NCBI GenBank assembly: GCA_963693365.1
Contig: CAVNZM010000016.1
Span: 5,448,543-5,512,542 of the forward strand
Direction: 5' to 3'
DNA length: 64,000 nt
Source: Amoebidium appalachense
Lineage: Eukaryota > Protista > Ichthyosporea
Below the pieces are notes generated by a model. It had not been told where the DNA came from and searched no databases. It saw only the letters and a list, made by a program, of their open reading frames with translations. Below, in pieces: positions 12,484 to 32,908 of the stretch. Position 1 is the stretch's first letter; every line of letters begins with the position of its first letter. The position numbers were made by a program, and so were the translations under genes.

Positions 12484-13071
12484 CCTCGATGTGCGGGCGA
12501 ATAATCAAGATGTCATCCTCCTGTTGCACCGTGCATGCCCGCACACGCACGTCCAGACACCCACCACCCTCCTCACCCTCCGTCCCTTCCTCCTGCCTCT
12601 GTTTCATGTGAAGATACGGGTTGAGGCACAGGCTAAGCCCCACCTTTTCGTCCTCCCCAACCGCCCACCCGTTCATGATCCTGTGGGGACAAAGAACAGC
12701 TTGTGGTTAGAAAAGGGAATATGGGACACTGTATGGTTGAGAAAGGGAATAGGCCCATCTTGAACCACATTTGGTACGAAGGCACTTACTACAGAAAAAA
12801 AGGACATATTGGGATGCAAAAGATGTAGGAACAGAATGGGACATACTGAAAACAACATAAATGCCTTCCCCCCCCCCCCCAAAAAAAAAAAAAAAAAAAA
12901 AAAGAAACAGGCAAACTTATTGCCTCAGTGTACACATATCACACACTTTCCCCCCTTCCCCCCCCCCCCCCCCCCCCCCCCCCCACCACCACCACCACCA
13001 CAAAATAAAATAAAAAATAAACATAGGCACATTCGACTTTTTTACGTCAGTACACATATCACCCCTTACCC

Positions 13072-13102
<31 letters not shown>

Positions 13103-16100
13103 AAAAAAAAAAAAGAAACATAACAAAAACACAGACGACTTTCATACCTTGTTTCAGACGTAGCAACCCCGTCCGTCATCTTTCCCAGCGCCACCGCACT
13201 CTCAATAACGTGGGAGACCTCACCAGCTCTCCCCTGCACGCACTCACCACCCCCTCTACCACCTTCCCAACCTCACCCATGCCACCACCCACCCCGTCCA
13301 ACCCGTCCAGGCATATAATTGGCTCCACACTGCCCTCATCACGTGACCACCACGTGCCCAACCTCGTCTGCAGAACTTTCCGGAAGGATTGGTCTCTGGG
13401 CCCGGACATAAACGATCCCATAACCGCCGCCGCCTGGTTGGCTTGGGTGCGGGTGAGGGGAACAGAAACAGAGATGGGCTTGACTAGGTGCATTGCGGCG
13501 GTGTTGGGGCGGAGGGGGGTTGTATGGTGTGGCCACACCGTGGAACATGGAATAGCGGGCGGGGTCGATGCGTACTTCAGAGGAAGGTGGAACACGGTCA
13601 CCCAGGTTGCTTACCGGCTCGCACACTGCAGTGTGAGCAAATCAGTGTGTGGCATATCATTAGGCCAAGGAAGGATACATGCCTGGTTAAAAAGAAACCA
13701 GCACGCTAAAGCGGATGAGTGGGAACACAAGGGATGTTGATAAGAATGTTGACATTAGTGTGGACGCAGCAACCACATTACACCATTCCTGAGTTCAACA
13801 AAAAAACGAACGAAAAAAAAGAAGGAAAAAAAAACGAAACATGTGAGAAGAAGGGTGACAGGTTTTGAGCCATGCACCGGAGCGGAGGGATATCAATGTT
13901 GATTGGAAGTGTGGATTACACAGCAAACACATTACACCATTCGCTCACTTACACACACACCCCCCCCCTTCCCCCCCCCCCTCCCCCCCCCCCCCTCCCC
14001 TCCCCAAAAAAAAAAAAAAGAACATTCACGTTTCCGAGGTTAACACACGGTACAAACACCACCCACCTGGCCTGAGCAGCTCCTTGGGCACATGCGGGGT
14101 GTCGAGGTACACCCGCAGTATGAAACCCATGCAGAACCCATCCTAGGGGGTGTGCACGTCATAACTGCAGGGAGGGAGGGGGCAGGGAGTGGGGAGGGGG
14201 GGGGGAGGGGGGGGGGGATTTCGTCATGAAACACTATGTGCAAGCTCACGTGCATATCTATGTATTACGCACACGTGCAGAAGCGAGCCGTGGTGTGCAT
14301 GTGCAGTGTGGGTGCACTGTTTCACAAGCACAAACTGCGCATATGTAGCTGTGATGAATATGATGCCATAAAAATTCCCATTAGAAGCTTATCAAGCGTT
14401 TATGTTCCCTTCCCCCCCCCCCCCCCCCCCCCGGTCCCCCCCCCCCATCCCCCCCTCCCCATCCCTCCTTCCGGAAGAAACCACAAACCACGCACCTGTG
14501 TTGCTCGGCTTCGACGCCACTTGGGGGGCCGGGTGAGTGGGTGGGTGCATGAGTGTCGGCGCCGGCTGTGCCCTGGCTGCTGATTGGTTGGTTTGATGGC
14601 TGGGTGGATTCATCTGCAGCAGGGGGGTGGGCAGGCGGCCCACTGCGGGATAGCGGTCAGTGATGGCACAAAAAAGAATATGCCGGTGGCCGGTGGCAGG
14701 TAGAGGGGGGGGGGAGGACTAAGTGTAGGGGGGAGGGGGAGGCTGGGAGGCGGGCGGGCGGGGGGGGGGGGGGGGGGGGGGGGGGACTAAGTGTACACAA
14801 GATGAAAAACACCGTGACAAAACAAAGGCAGACATGGGAGGGAAAGGGGGGGGGGGGGGGGGGTAGAGTGTGTTATAGACGTGCACATTCACAACGGAGA
14901 GGGAGAGGAGGGAGGGGTATTATGTGCAGTGCGTGGTGCCATACAATGATGCGCGCCGCAAAAAAACGACCCACGGCATAAAGCAAACACCTATGGGAAG
15001 TGGGGTGGGGTGGGGGGCCGGGAGATAGATACTGTATTCTGAGTGGGCGGATGAATGGAGTAGTCTAACTAGGGCCCAAACAGCGCAAAATGCTTCCACA
15101 CAGACTGACGGAGAAACTGACACCAGGAAGCTGCACAACCGCTGTGTGTGCGAGTGTATGGGGTATGTGCCGGCATGCTGCTCTGCCATATATATGAAGC
15201 GGATGGCATAGGTTGAGGTTCTAAGATGCAACGAAAAAACGATCTCATGCAGTTGTCAGGTTTTCACAAGCTTTCTGCACAGCAAACCGGCACGGTTGGG
15301 TATTCCTACAAAGTTTTAACTCTTTACCTGTGTCCTGCTTGGTCATGAACGGCTAGCGAGGCGGTGGGCTTCTGGCCAACAGGGGATAGGGCAGGGAAGG
15401 TGGCAATGATCAGCTTGATGGCCCGGATCACCTCCGCCATTGTGAGCCGGTCCGTCTGGTTGTTTTTCCAGCAGCCTTGGAAGAGGGACAACACCTGGGG
15501 CGAAAGCGGTCGCGTCGTCTGGGTGGGAGGGGTACTTCACTTCAACATGGGGTGCATTGGGACATCTAACCCCTCCAAAATGGTCAAACGGTGAATAGTT
15601 GTCTCTGGCCAACAGCCAGCCGTTGTTGTTCTGGTACATGAGACTATACACCAGCAGGCCAAACTTCCAGACGTCGCACGGCTCACAGTTTGTCTTCTTC
15701 TTGTGTCCAGACTGGCACGCTCTCACCTCCTACGGTGACATAAGATGCGCCCTTTCCGACCCGCAGTCAAGTACGTCACGAAAGCCTTTTGCCAGCCCGA
15801 AATCGATTAGCCGTACCAAGCTACCTCCTCCTCGTTCTTCTGGGTGCATAAAATTGCTGATGTTTGGGTCCACGTGCACAATATGGCAATTGGAGACATG
15901 GAGGAGCGCGGTTGCTGCCTGCTGCAGAAGCCGCCACATCTTCACTCCGTGGCGTGTTTGGCGTAAGGGGTTGAGTCTTCCAAGTTGGAGGGGTCGATGT
16001 TGACTTTCATTCGGTAGAAGTTGCGCAGATAATGGTCAAAGTGCGGCCCGGCTACATACTCGGAGGCAATAGCCTGGTGGCGGGTTCCCATTAGCGCATG

Positions 16101-17334
16101 TGCATCTCGAAACCTAACGGCCTATTAACTTGCCAAACACATTGGACAGCAACGCAAGCACACAAGATCCAAACGTCAAGTCATGTCCCTTCAAAGGACA
16201 AATCCGGTAAGAATGTACAGCCGCCCTCCCCTTCCCCCTCCTACCCTCCCCAAACATACACACACACACACACGCACACACACTTCCGTTTTCCATTGCT
16301 ACAAAGAAGCTGGCAAAGGTGAGAAGGCATCCGGAATAATTGACGCATTCAAAGGGTGTTATAAAATGTGTGTGTGTATGTGATTCGCGGCTAGGGAATC
16401 TAGGCGGTGGGGATGCATGAGTGCTGGCGGTTGAACTTATGGAAACAACAGTGCAAGGAAAAACAGTACACATTATCAACCCACATGCCAACTTCTTATC
16501 TGGTGTTCATGCACCTCTTCCCAACAGACAAGCAAAAATGATCACAAAAAGAGTATGTGACAAAAACCAGCGGGGCCAACCTCATTAGGGGGTCAGATAT
16601 AAAGGATGTGACATAGAAAAGCTATAGGTAAGACGGATTCCACGTCTTCCGACTTGAAAGCTTGCCAACTTACTTGTAGGACGCTGAGCTTTTGCTAAGG
16701 AGAGCAGAAGGAGGCATACGTAAGCACGAGCATGACCGTAGAAAAAAGAAACAGGACACAACTACAGCAAATACCCGAGGATGACAGGTAAAAAGGCTGC
16801 TTGGTGCTCAGAAGGTAAGTGCAGAGGGCTTTATTATGTCAGAAAAACGCTCAATGGTAAACATAACACGCTGCAAATTGTATAAAACATCCTCAAAAGT
16901 GATTGTCGTGTTTTTGTGCTTTGCGGCTATGAAAAATACAGGCACGTCACAAGCTGACCGGTTCTCAACACAGGGTGCCAACATCATGCCTTCTGACCTA
17001 CCAGATATGGGTGGCCCCCCAAGGACTCGTCAAACACCCGATACTGCGCAAAAGGCACCACAACATTTGGATGTGGCAAAACAGCGTTTGCCATGCGAAA
17101 CTCCAAGTCCAATGTTTCTTCGTACTCATTATCACAATCACGGTTACACTTCTGCAAAACTTTGCGGTCTCCTGGATGGCGTTTCAGCACAAAACTCCGA
17201 AGATTACTGATCTCTTAGCCCAGTATTTCTGTGAAGTACGCCAGGTCCAAATGTGCATTGCTACCTGCACCTATCGGCGGGTTCTCTAACCGAACCACTG
17301 CCGTAAGAGTGACGGGTGACACCGTCTTCGACAT
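12484..17334 (-). pseudogene. Multi-exon divergent protein kinase gene with a long C-terminal extension, disabled by stops and frameshifts
   Basis: Exons: 17334-17002 (IGAGSNAH Gly loop, FVLK, PHPNVV; TAA at 17215-17217); 16073-15328 (HVDPNISN, IDFGL, MSP*E with TAG at 15730-15732, DVWKFG, GCW..DRLTMAEV; frameshifts at ~15945 and ~15530); 14642-14496; 14164-14067 (TAG at 14143-14145); 13625 to ~13149. All have GT-AG boundaries and the first five exons are phase-compatible. The extent below 13149 is uncertain. Confidence 0.75.
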
Positions 17335-18333
17335 CTTGCTAAGCCGAAAGAAGCCGTGGCACGCTCATGGCTAATACTTGGCCAGTTGTAAAAAGCAAGT
17401 ATATTGCGGTAAGGCTGTTGATAGAAACGAGCCCAATGTTGAAATGAAATGTGTTTCTTGAAGTTACTCGAGAAAAATCAGTCCACAACATTGAGATGCG
17501 ACGGCAAATTACACGTGTGTGAGTTGTATGTCTGCAAGTATACCAGCAAAGAATATAGAAAGGTGACGGAAAAGTACAGTGTGAGGAGTGTGTCTGGAAG
17601 GTTACTCGTTGAAGGAGTATAACCCAGCCTAGAACATCTAGCGTCGAAGGCAAAGTAAACACGTGTGACTGCGAACTGATCTACCAGACCACTGAGACGA
17701 GAACATTTTTATTTGGTGCACTTCGCTAAGCAGATGAGCCTGCTGCTCACAGGAGCGGCTCATGCGGGGTTTAAGGAGAACAGATTTTCCAAGTTTTCTT
17801 CTTCTTCCACCATCCTTTTTCTTTTTTTTTTTTTGGGGGGGGGGGGAGTGTGTCTGCTGTATCAATCAGTAGCTCTTTTTTACAGGAGTTCTAGATTCTG
17901 TATCCCTGGCGTGGCGGTGGTCGTCTTCAGTGTTGATTGACTCAGCGTACCAAGAAAAAAAAGTGTACCAGCTGGTCCAGTACCGCAGAGTACTGCTTCA
18001 CTTATTGTTTTATTACACCAATTTTACATCAGTGGGGATCCAGAATTCACACTATTCCACCAATCAGATGCAAGCTTGGCATTTGATTGGTCGACACCGC
18101 CGGGGGGGGGGGGGGGGGAGACTGAGAGTGGGGAAGGAGGGGGGGGGGGGAGGGGGGGTCGGAGGGGGGAGTGGAGGGGGGAGGACTGAGGGAGGGGGAG
18201 GGGAGGGGAGGGAGCAAGGCAAGAATGTGTGGGCTGTTCGATTTTTTTTGGCGTGGTGTGTGTGTGTGTGTGTGCGTGTGTGTGTGTGTGTGTGTTTGTG
18301 TGTGTTTGTGTAGTAGTATGTGTCTGTGTGTGC

Positions 18334-18364
<31 letters not shown>

Positions 18365-18686
18365 TGCCCGAGTGAGGGGGGGGGGGGAGGGGGGGGGGGG
18401 GGGGGGGGGGGGGGGCATTTTGTTTTGTGGGTGTGGTTCAAGAGCTTTGTTTTGAAGTCTATTTTTAAATTCTTTTTTTTTTTCCCCTTTTTTTTTTGGG
18501 GGGGGGGGGGGGTTGAGGGGGGGGTCCTTTTTGATGTGTGACGGGGAGGTGGGCCGGGGGGGAAGCACAATTGTTTGTCCGCGTGTGTGTGTGTGTGTGT
18601 GTTGGGATTGAGTGCGTGCGTGCGTGTGTGTGTGCGTGCGTGCGTGCGTGTGTGCGTGCGTCCGTGCGTGTGCGTGCGTGCGTGTC

Positions 18687-18755
<69 letters not shown>

Positions 18756-19001
18756 CACTGTGTGTCTGTGTGTGCGTGGGTGCGCGCGTGCACGTGTGTG
18801 TGTGTGTGTGTGCCAGGGTGGTGTGTGTGTGTGCGCGCGCGCACGCGCGCATGTGCGTGGGTGTTTCCCTTCCGACAATGGCCGAAGGGCGCAGTTTTGG
18901 AAGAGGTTGATCAATGATCAATATGACTGATGAACGTCAGCATAAACACAAGATAGACACAATCGTTAGGTCATTTCTCTCACGAATCCCTTTTCGTGTT
19001 A

Positions 19002-19044
<43 letters not shown>

Positions 19045-19748
19045 AAAAAAAAGAAAGGAAAAAAAGTTTCAAATAACATATTCGAAGGCTCCCCACCACC
19101 CTCCTCCAATCCCCCCCCCCCCCCGGCCCCCCCTCCCCCCCCCCTCCCCCCTCAAAAAAAAAAAAAAAAAAAAAAACGAATGAAAAAAAAAGACCACTAC
19201 AGTCCCTTCTCCCGCTCCTCTTCACTCTGCCTTTTCTTTTTGGTTCATCTCGTTTTTTCTTGTTCCTTTTACCTCCGCCTTCCCTCCGTCTGCTACTGTG
19301 CTTTGAGAGAGATGTGTGAAAGCTCTTCTATGCATTACTGTGGTTGTTTTTGCACACCTGTCCACTGATTTACGGTATACGGGCAGGTATCTTTGAAAGC
19401 ATGTAAAACTCAGGGTATCATATGGTGAAGGCTTATTTCTGGGACCGTGGAAGGGGCATGGGATTTAATCAGGGAGGAATGAGTCCAGGCTGCTGTTCAG
19501 TGCTATGGACAAGAAGAAGAGAAGACAGGAGGGTGGGAGGTAAGTTTTGGTAGCCTAGGGGGCAAAGGGGATGGGAGGGGGGAGGATGGGGGGAGGAGGG
19601 AGGGAAATTTTTTTTTTTTTTTTTGGGGGGGGGGGGGGGGGGAGGGGGTACAACTACAGCACAGTCTTCTGTCAGACTCTGCATGTTACTCAGGGTCCCG
19701 GTGAGAGAAGGGGGAGGGGGGTGTGGGGAGAGAGAGAGGGGGGGGGGG

Positions 19749-19780
<32 letters not shown>

Positions 19781-19950
19781 GAAAGGTAGGGAGGAGGAGA
19801 GGGAGAGAGGCCCTCAGAGGGGGGGGGGGGAGGGGAGAGAGTGAGAGAGAGAGGGAGTGAGTGAGAGAGAGAGGAGAGAGGGAGGGGGGGGGGGGGGGGA
19901 GGGGAGGAGAGAGAGAGAGTGTGTGTGTGTGTCTGTGTGTATGTGTGAGT

Positions 19951-19981
<31 letters not shown>

Positions 19982-20003
19982 AGGGAGGGAGGGAGGGGGG
20001 GGG

Positions 20004-20038
<35 letters not shown>

Positions 20039-20510
20039 AGAGAGAGGGCGAGAGAGAAACACGGAGAGAGAGAGAGGGGGGGGGGGGGGGGGGGGGGGGG
20101 CAAGGTATGGTCGCTTCTGAAACTGCCGTTGCGAAGCAGCCTGACGTACATTAAGTCTGTTTTTTTTGTGACCCCTAACACCAAACAATTTGGGAGGGCC
20201 TTCTGATAAACATAAAGTGACAAATTTGGGCCACTATGAAGCACTTCTACCCAGTTGTCCTTAAACATACTTTATTATTACATGGTCGCTGTGAAAGTTT
20301 ACGTAAACATTAGCTCCGTAGATTCAATACAAAAGAAGCGAAGATACCTTCTGAAGGTAATTTAAAAACTTATGTAGGGTACTACTGTGTTACAGAATCG
20401 CGCCGCCTGCTATCCTAAATTACTAACTTAAACGGCGTCCGAGGCAACTGCCATTCAATTTGAAATCATACGCAACAATTAATTGTGACGGATTCAAGGC
20501 TATGGCATAG

Positions 20511-22019
20511 TTAGCTTCTAGGAGGGGCCACCACGGTCTTTGAGTAGACCGTGTGTGTGCACGTGGACCGCTGCCTCACCGCCGCCCACACGGTCATGTT
20601 CTCCCTTGGCACCTGCACAGTCAGCACATACTCCCCGTTGGCCTTGTCGCCCACAGCCTCGCACACAGACTCCGCCTTCTGCACCTTCGCATCCGTCCAC
20701 CCGAGGCACACAAACGTCTCCACGGAGGCGATGGGGTTTTCGTTCTTTGTGTCGGGCTTGAGGTCCCATGTGACCGCGGCCGCAGTGGCCAGAGCGTTGC
20801 CCAGAAAATAGTCGGTGGTGATGTTTGAAAGCTGCACGTTGTAGATGCGGTCGGTGTAGTTGTCCCACTTGCAGCCCCAGTTCACAGAGTCGTCCCCCTC
20901 GCTTGCAACATCCACCCCCTCTGTCAGCTGGGTGAATGCCGTGCGGCCACCGCACGAGCTCTCATAAGCCAGGCTCACAGACTCGACCACTCCCTCCTCG
21001 GGGGTAAATCCCAGGTCACCGCGGGTACCGTCAGTGTGCACACATCGTGTTTCCTTGATGCCGCTGGGCTTCTTAAGGTCCACACACGTCCAGACGGTCA
21101 ACCGTCCGGCCACCTGCTGATTTTCCATTTCATCGTGCGAGTCTATTCTGATCTCGGTGATGGACGCACCGGTGATTTTGTTGTTGCCGTTGCCGAGGTT
21201 GAGAGGAAAGCTCTTGTTGGCGTCAAACGTTTTGGCAAAGTATTGGAGCTTGGACGAGGGGGCCTTTGGTGGCTTGCAGAAAACGAGGGGGTCTTTGAAC
21301 TTTGCAAGGTCCTCGTTGCCATTCTCGATGGGGATGCCCCCGGTGGCCATTGCAATTTTCTCGGTGCCGTTACGAAACTTGCACGGAATGACCATCCCGT
21401 CAATGGGCACAATCTCGCCGTTCATGGCGCCTGGAAGGAGCTCGTGGGACAGGTAGGCGGGGGAGGGGCAAGCGTCGCTCCGTGCAAAATGGCGCTCGTT
21501 TGCACCGTAGCCCACCGTGGCGTACAGAGTGAGGGCCTCGGGATAGCCCAGAAGGGACGTGCCGCCGGCCCCTTCGTCGGGGTCGTACTTGACCACGTGC
21601 ATCATCATGACGTCACGCATCATGTCCGGGGTCTTTTGCAGAAGGTCCCACGTGGAGTGGGGCACCTGGTCGAAGGCATCGTTTGTTGGTGCGTACACAC
21701 GCAGAATGTTTCCAAATTCGGCAATGAAAGTATCGTTGGTCGTAAGTTCCTTGTACACGCCGGTAGAATTTAGAAGGCTGGAGAAGGTGGAAAACTCAGG
21801 GCGGGACTGAACCTGCTCCCAGAGATCCTGGAATCCGTCCTTCTTTACCACCGCACAGACCTTTGCATAGTTTGCACCTTTGTACTTGTCGCAGTCGTCT
21901 TCGCAGTAGATGGCACTCATGCAGTCAGGCGGGTATCTGTACCCGGGCTGGGTGGTGGGCACTGCGGTCTGACCGGCTGTTACCAGGGTGGTGGCACGTG
22001 CAAGGGCGGCGGCTGCCAT
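20511..22019 (-). CDS. Intronless fasciclin (FAS1)-domain protein, 502 aa, with a Cys-containing beta-rich C-terminal region
   Basis: FAS1 motifs FSTFSSLLNSTG, VYAPTNDAF (H1), MHVV and AMNGEIVPIDGMVIP (H2), with GC3-rich codons. ATG 22019 was chosen because TATA, CCAAT and CRE motifs lie just upstream of it. Confidence 0.85.
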   Translation of the reverse strand: MAAAALARATTLVTAGQTAVPTTQPGYRYPPDCMSAIYCEDDCDKYKGANYAKVCAVVKKDGFQDLWEQVQSRPEFSTFSSLLNSTGVYKELTTNDTFIAEFGNILRVYAPTNDAFDQVPHSTWDLLQKTPDMMRDVMMMHVVKYDPDEGAGGTSLLGYPEALTLYATVGYGANERHFARSDACPSPAYLSHELLPGAMNGEIVPIDGMVIPCKFRNGTEKIAMATGGIPIENGNEDLAKFKDPLVFCKPPKAPSSKLQYFAKTFDANKSFPLNLGNGNNKITGASITEIRIDSHDEMENQQVAGRLTVWTCVDLKKPSGIKETRCVHTDGTRGDLGFTPEEGVVESVSLAYESSCGGRTAFTQLTEGVDVASEGDDSVNWGCKWDNYTDRIYNVQLSNITTDYFLGNALATAAAVTWDLKPDTKNENPIASVETFVCLGWTDAKVQKAESVCEAVGDKANGEYVLTVQVPRENMTVWAAVRQRSTCTHTVYSKTVVAPPRS

Positions 22020-22114
22020 CTTTTTGTTTTTGTTTTCCGGGCCTTGCACAGCTGTTCGAAGTGCTTGATCAAGGCTTGGTTGAAGTTCTGAAGCAGTCCG
22101 ACTGAGAGCGGCGC

Positions 22115-22176
22115 TTTTTATACTAGGTTGAGCTAGATGGCGGCCGCTGCCGATTGGTTCAGCCCTAGTGACGTCA
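22115..22176 (-). promoter_or_regulatory. Core promoter of the FAS1 gene
   Basis: On the minus strand: TGACGTCA (22169-22176), CCAAT (22153-22157) and TATAAAAA (22115-22122), in the expected order ~100 bp before the ATG. Confidence 0.6.
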
Positions 22177-22799
22177 CTGAAATTCCTTTGCAAACTAAGC
22201 CGCAATGCGGCATGCGGAAAGCAACTTGCTGCCAGGAGTGGCGGCGACTTCCAGACAATATGTTTATATTTTGTTCTTTCCATTTTTTTTTGGTTTTCTT
22301 TTCTAAAATCGTAAAGCGTAGTGTTATATATTTGTCTTAATTGACGGCAGCTGGACACTGACTGCCGCCTAAAACTTTCCGCAAATTGACGCGCATTCCC
22401 GATTGGATGATTTTTCAGTCCCCCCATACTCCAAATCGGAGGCTTTGGTGAGTAGGATTGTATTATTGGAATGGATAGCTTCGCGCAACATGCGGATATA
22501 ATGTCGTCGTCTCAAATACATGCGCTTGTTTCCTGCCTATTATATACCAACTTATGTTATGATTCCTGCTCATGCATGATGTTGGGTGCAACATGGCACT
22601 CAGTGATCGCTTTCCAGAGACAGTCTAGGGGTTTGTAAACAGCCCGTGCTGTTTGATTGGTCCCTGAGTCGCCAGCGATGATTGGAGGGGAGGCCGCCGC
22701 CCAGTCCACCGGTCCGGTACTGCGCCCGGCCGTCCACCGTCCGGCCCCCACGGTGACGCGTGTACCTGACCGGTGTGGTGGTGCCTCAGTGGTGACGCC

Positions 22800-23470
<671 letters not shown>

Positions 23471-24092
23471 GAAGTCGGAGACTGAGAAAGAGAGAGGTGT
23501 ATCTACATAGTTTGGCACAAAAAACGTACCGTGACAAATACACCATTTCGATGGCCGTGCACATGAATGTTGGAAACTTGGCCGAGAACCTTTACTTTCA
23601 ATTGCCAACCTGGCAATATTTCTTGCTCAGACATTTTATTAATCTCCCATAGCATAGCCCAACTCTGTTCACTGTTTCATTGGTTTATTATTATGCATGC
23701 ATGCAACATCAAAGCTTATTAGGTTCCGAAACACCCCAGTATTACAAATGCTAGTCAATTCAACAAAATTTATACAAATTTAACCTGCGCGCGCCTGATG
23801 ATTTCTAACAATGATTCTTCCCTTTTCCTTTTACCTTATTCAAGACTTTTTGTTTTTGTTCAAATTAGCAACACACACTGTTGTTATCAACGACTCTTTA
23901 AGACACAGTGGTCACCACCAGCTTTAGGTTGGTACCGACCCCATGCTTGGGTCGTGTTAGCCTGTACTCAGCCAACCTGCAGAAGTGATCATCACTCCTC
24001 CCATTAGATACGTATACGGCACCACTATATCGAAGTCCAAAGCTATACTGCCATCCATCCTGGACCACGCATTGTTTTTTTGAATCCAGGAT

Positions 24093-24133
<41 letters not shown>

Positions 24134-24142
24134 CCCAAAAGG

Positions 24143-24174
<32 letters not shown>

Positions 24175-24736
24175 CACACACACGCATGCACGCCTGCACG
24201 CACGCCCGCACGCACACACGCACGCACGCACGCATGCACACACGCATACAAGAGAGGGATCGAGACACAGCCACAAACAACAACACACTTGTACACATGT
24301 CACGGCGACTGTCACACACCCTAGTATCGCACCCATGCTTGAAATCTGCAGCCGCATTATCTCTTCATGGGCCATTGCACTGATCGCCACTCGGACAATG
24401 AACATAACGGTACGTCTAAACAATGATTGACACAACTTCTATCACTATCCTACACGACTTCTGTGTGACGATGCGTAAGAAAAAAAAAATTGCCGTAATT
24501 ACGCCATTTATAGTATATATAGGCAGAGCCCGTGAAGCATTGCACACCCCATACTCGGGTAAAAGATAGGGAGATGGGTTTGACCTTTGTAATCAAAGGG
24601 ATTTCCTAATGCTTAGTCCTTACCCAGAGATGTGGCGCACTACTTTGCAACGTATCTGCACCGCATTGTCTCTTATGAATGCGTACGAAGCGAGTCGTCT
24701 AGCCTAAGTCTGTAACGTTGCATTCCATCCTCCCGA

Positions 24737-24772
<36 letters not shown>

Positions 24773-24833
24773 CACACACACACATCTCACATGTGCACAC
24801 ACACACAAACACACACACACACACTCACACACA

Positions 24834-24900
<67 letters not shown>

Positions 24901-24929
24901 CCTCGCTCTCTCTCTCTCCCTCCCTCCCT

Positions 24930-24979
<50 letters not shown>

Positions 24980-25989
24980 AAGCCTTCTCCCCTCCCTCAC
25001 TCCCACCCACCAACCCAACCACCCGTACCGTGCAACTGCCAACTCTTATACATAGCTTGTGGCTACATGTATTGTCACGGACTGCGTCTATCCACATGTA
25101 TACATGTATGTAGGCCGACAACACCACGGCTGCATATGTATGCACAAACAGCTGAGGTACTTTTGGCTACATTTAATATGCTGGTGTGGAGGATTATTCT
25201 CTACAGTGCCAGCATTTCTCTAGAATCATTGCAGCCACAGAATTTCTGTAAATGGAAGAGACAAAAGCAAGCATATACTCTGACGTCAGTATGACGTAGC
25301 ACCAACGTCCGAAATGACGTTATGTAGGGAAATGCCGGCATATAGACCTTCACGGATGCTCGGCTACATGCATACATGCCACACCATACTTTTGCATATG
25401 TACGAACATGTGCTTTCGCATGGGAAAGCTATAATTGCAGAAATTTATTCATCTCTTATGTAAGTAAGTCCTATACTTGGGTGTGTCAGAAGTCAGAATA
25501 GGAAAACAACGATCCGTGATACATCGATACAGCATATGCATGCATGCATGTGTCGTGTAAATATGGATCGAAATTCAGGATCAGTCCTGATGGAAAACAT
25601 AGACATAATCATTTTTGGATTCGGCCACAATTATATCACATCAAGCAATTATGCAAAATGGTCATTTGCAGTGCTGTGTAATCGGCGAAATGCTGGATAG
25701 AGTTTCCGGGTCCGGCCCTCCCGCGTGTGTGAAGGAACTGCCTCTAGTGTAATACTAATGCCTAAAAAGTACGTTCAGCATGTGTCAACACACAAACAAT
25801 CCTTGTGCGTGGTTGCACCGCGATTCTTTCCCAGACACCACACAGGGTTTTCATGGCACAGAATATGCGTACCTGCACAATGCACAAACCGAGCTTATCC
25901 AAAGGGCCAAAGCACTCAAAAAAACACAAAGGTAAGCATAGCCGGTAAAAAACAAGGAAAAAGGAAAACAGAAAAGCAGGAAATGATAA

Positions 25990-26021
<32 letters not shown>

Positions 26022-26163
26022 ACACACACACACACAAACCCACCCCTCCCTGCAACAAAACCACCACCTACCCACCTACCCACACACCATCATCACCACA
26101 ACAACCAAGCACATTCACAGCTTAGACAACATTCCATTCCCATTTCAAGTAACAAAAACAAAA

Positions 26164-32908
<6,745 letters not shown>

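Noticed and set aside
5307-17217. In-frame TAG/TAA codons suggesting a reassigned genetic code or readthrough
   Set aside because: SF3B1 ends with TAG at the conserved C-terminus and has no internal TAR in 1250 codons, and the FAS1 gene and copia pol end in TAA. The genes with internal stops also have frameshifts, so they are pseudogenes.
22020-22427. 136-aa N-terminal extension of the FAS1 ORF
   Set aside because: The region is AT-richer, lacks the codon bias of the CDS and contains TATA/CCAAT/CRE motifs, so it is more likely promoter and 5' UTR.
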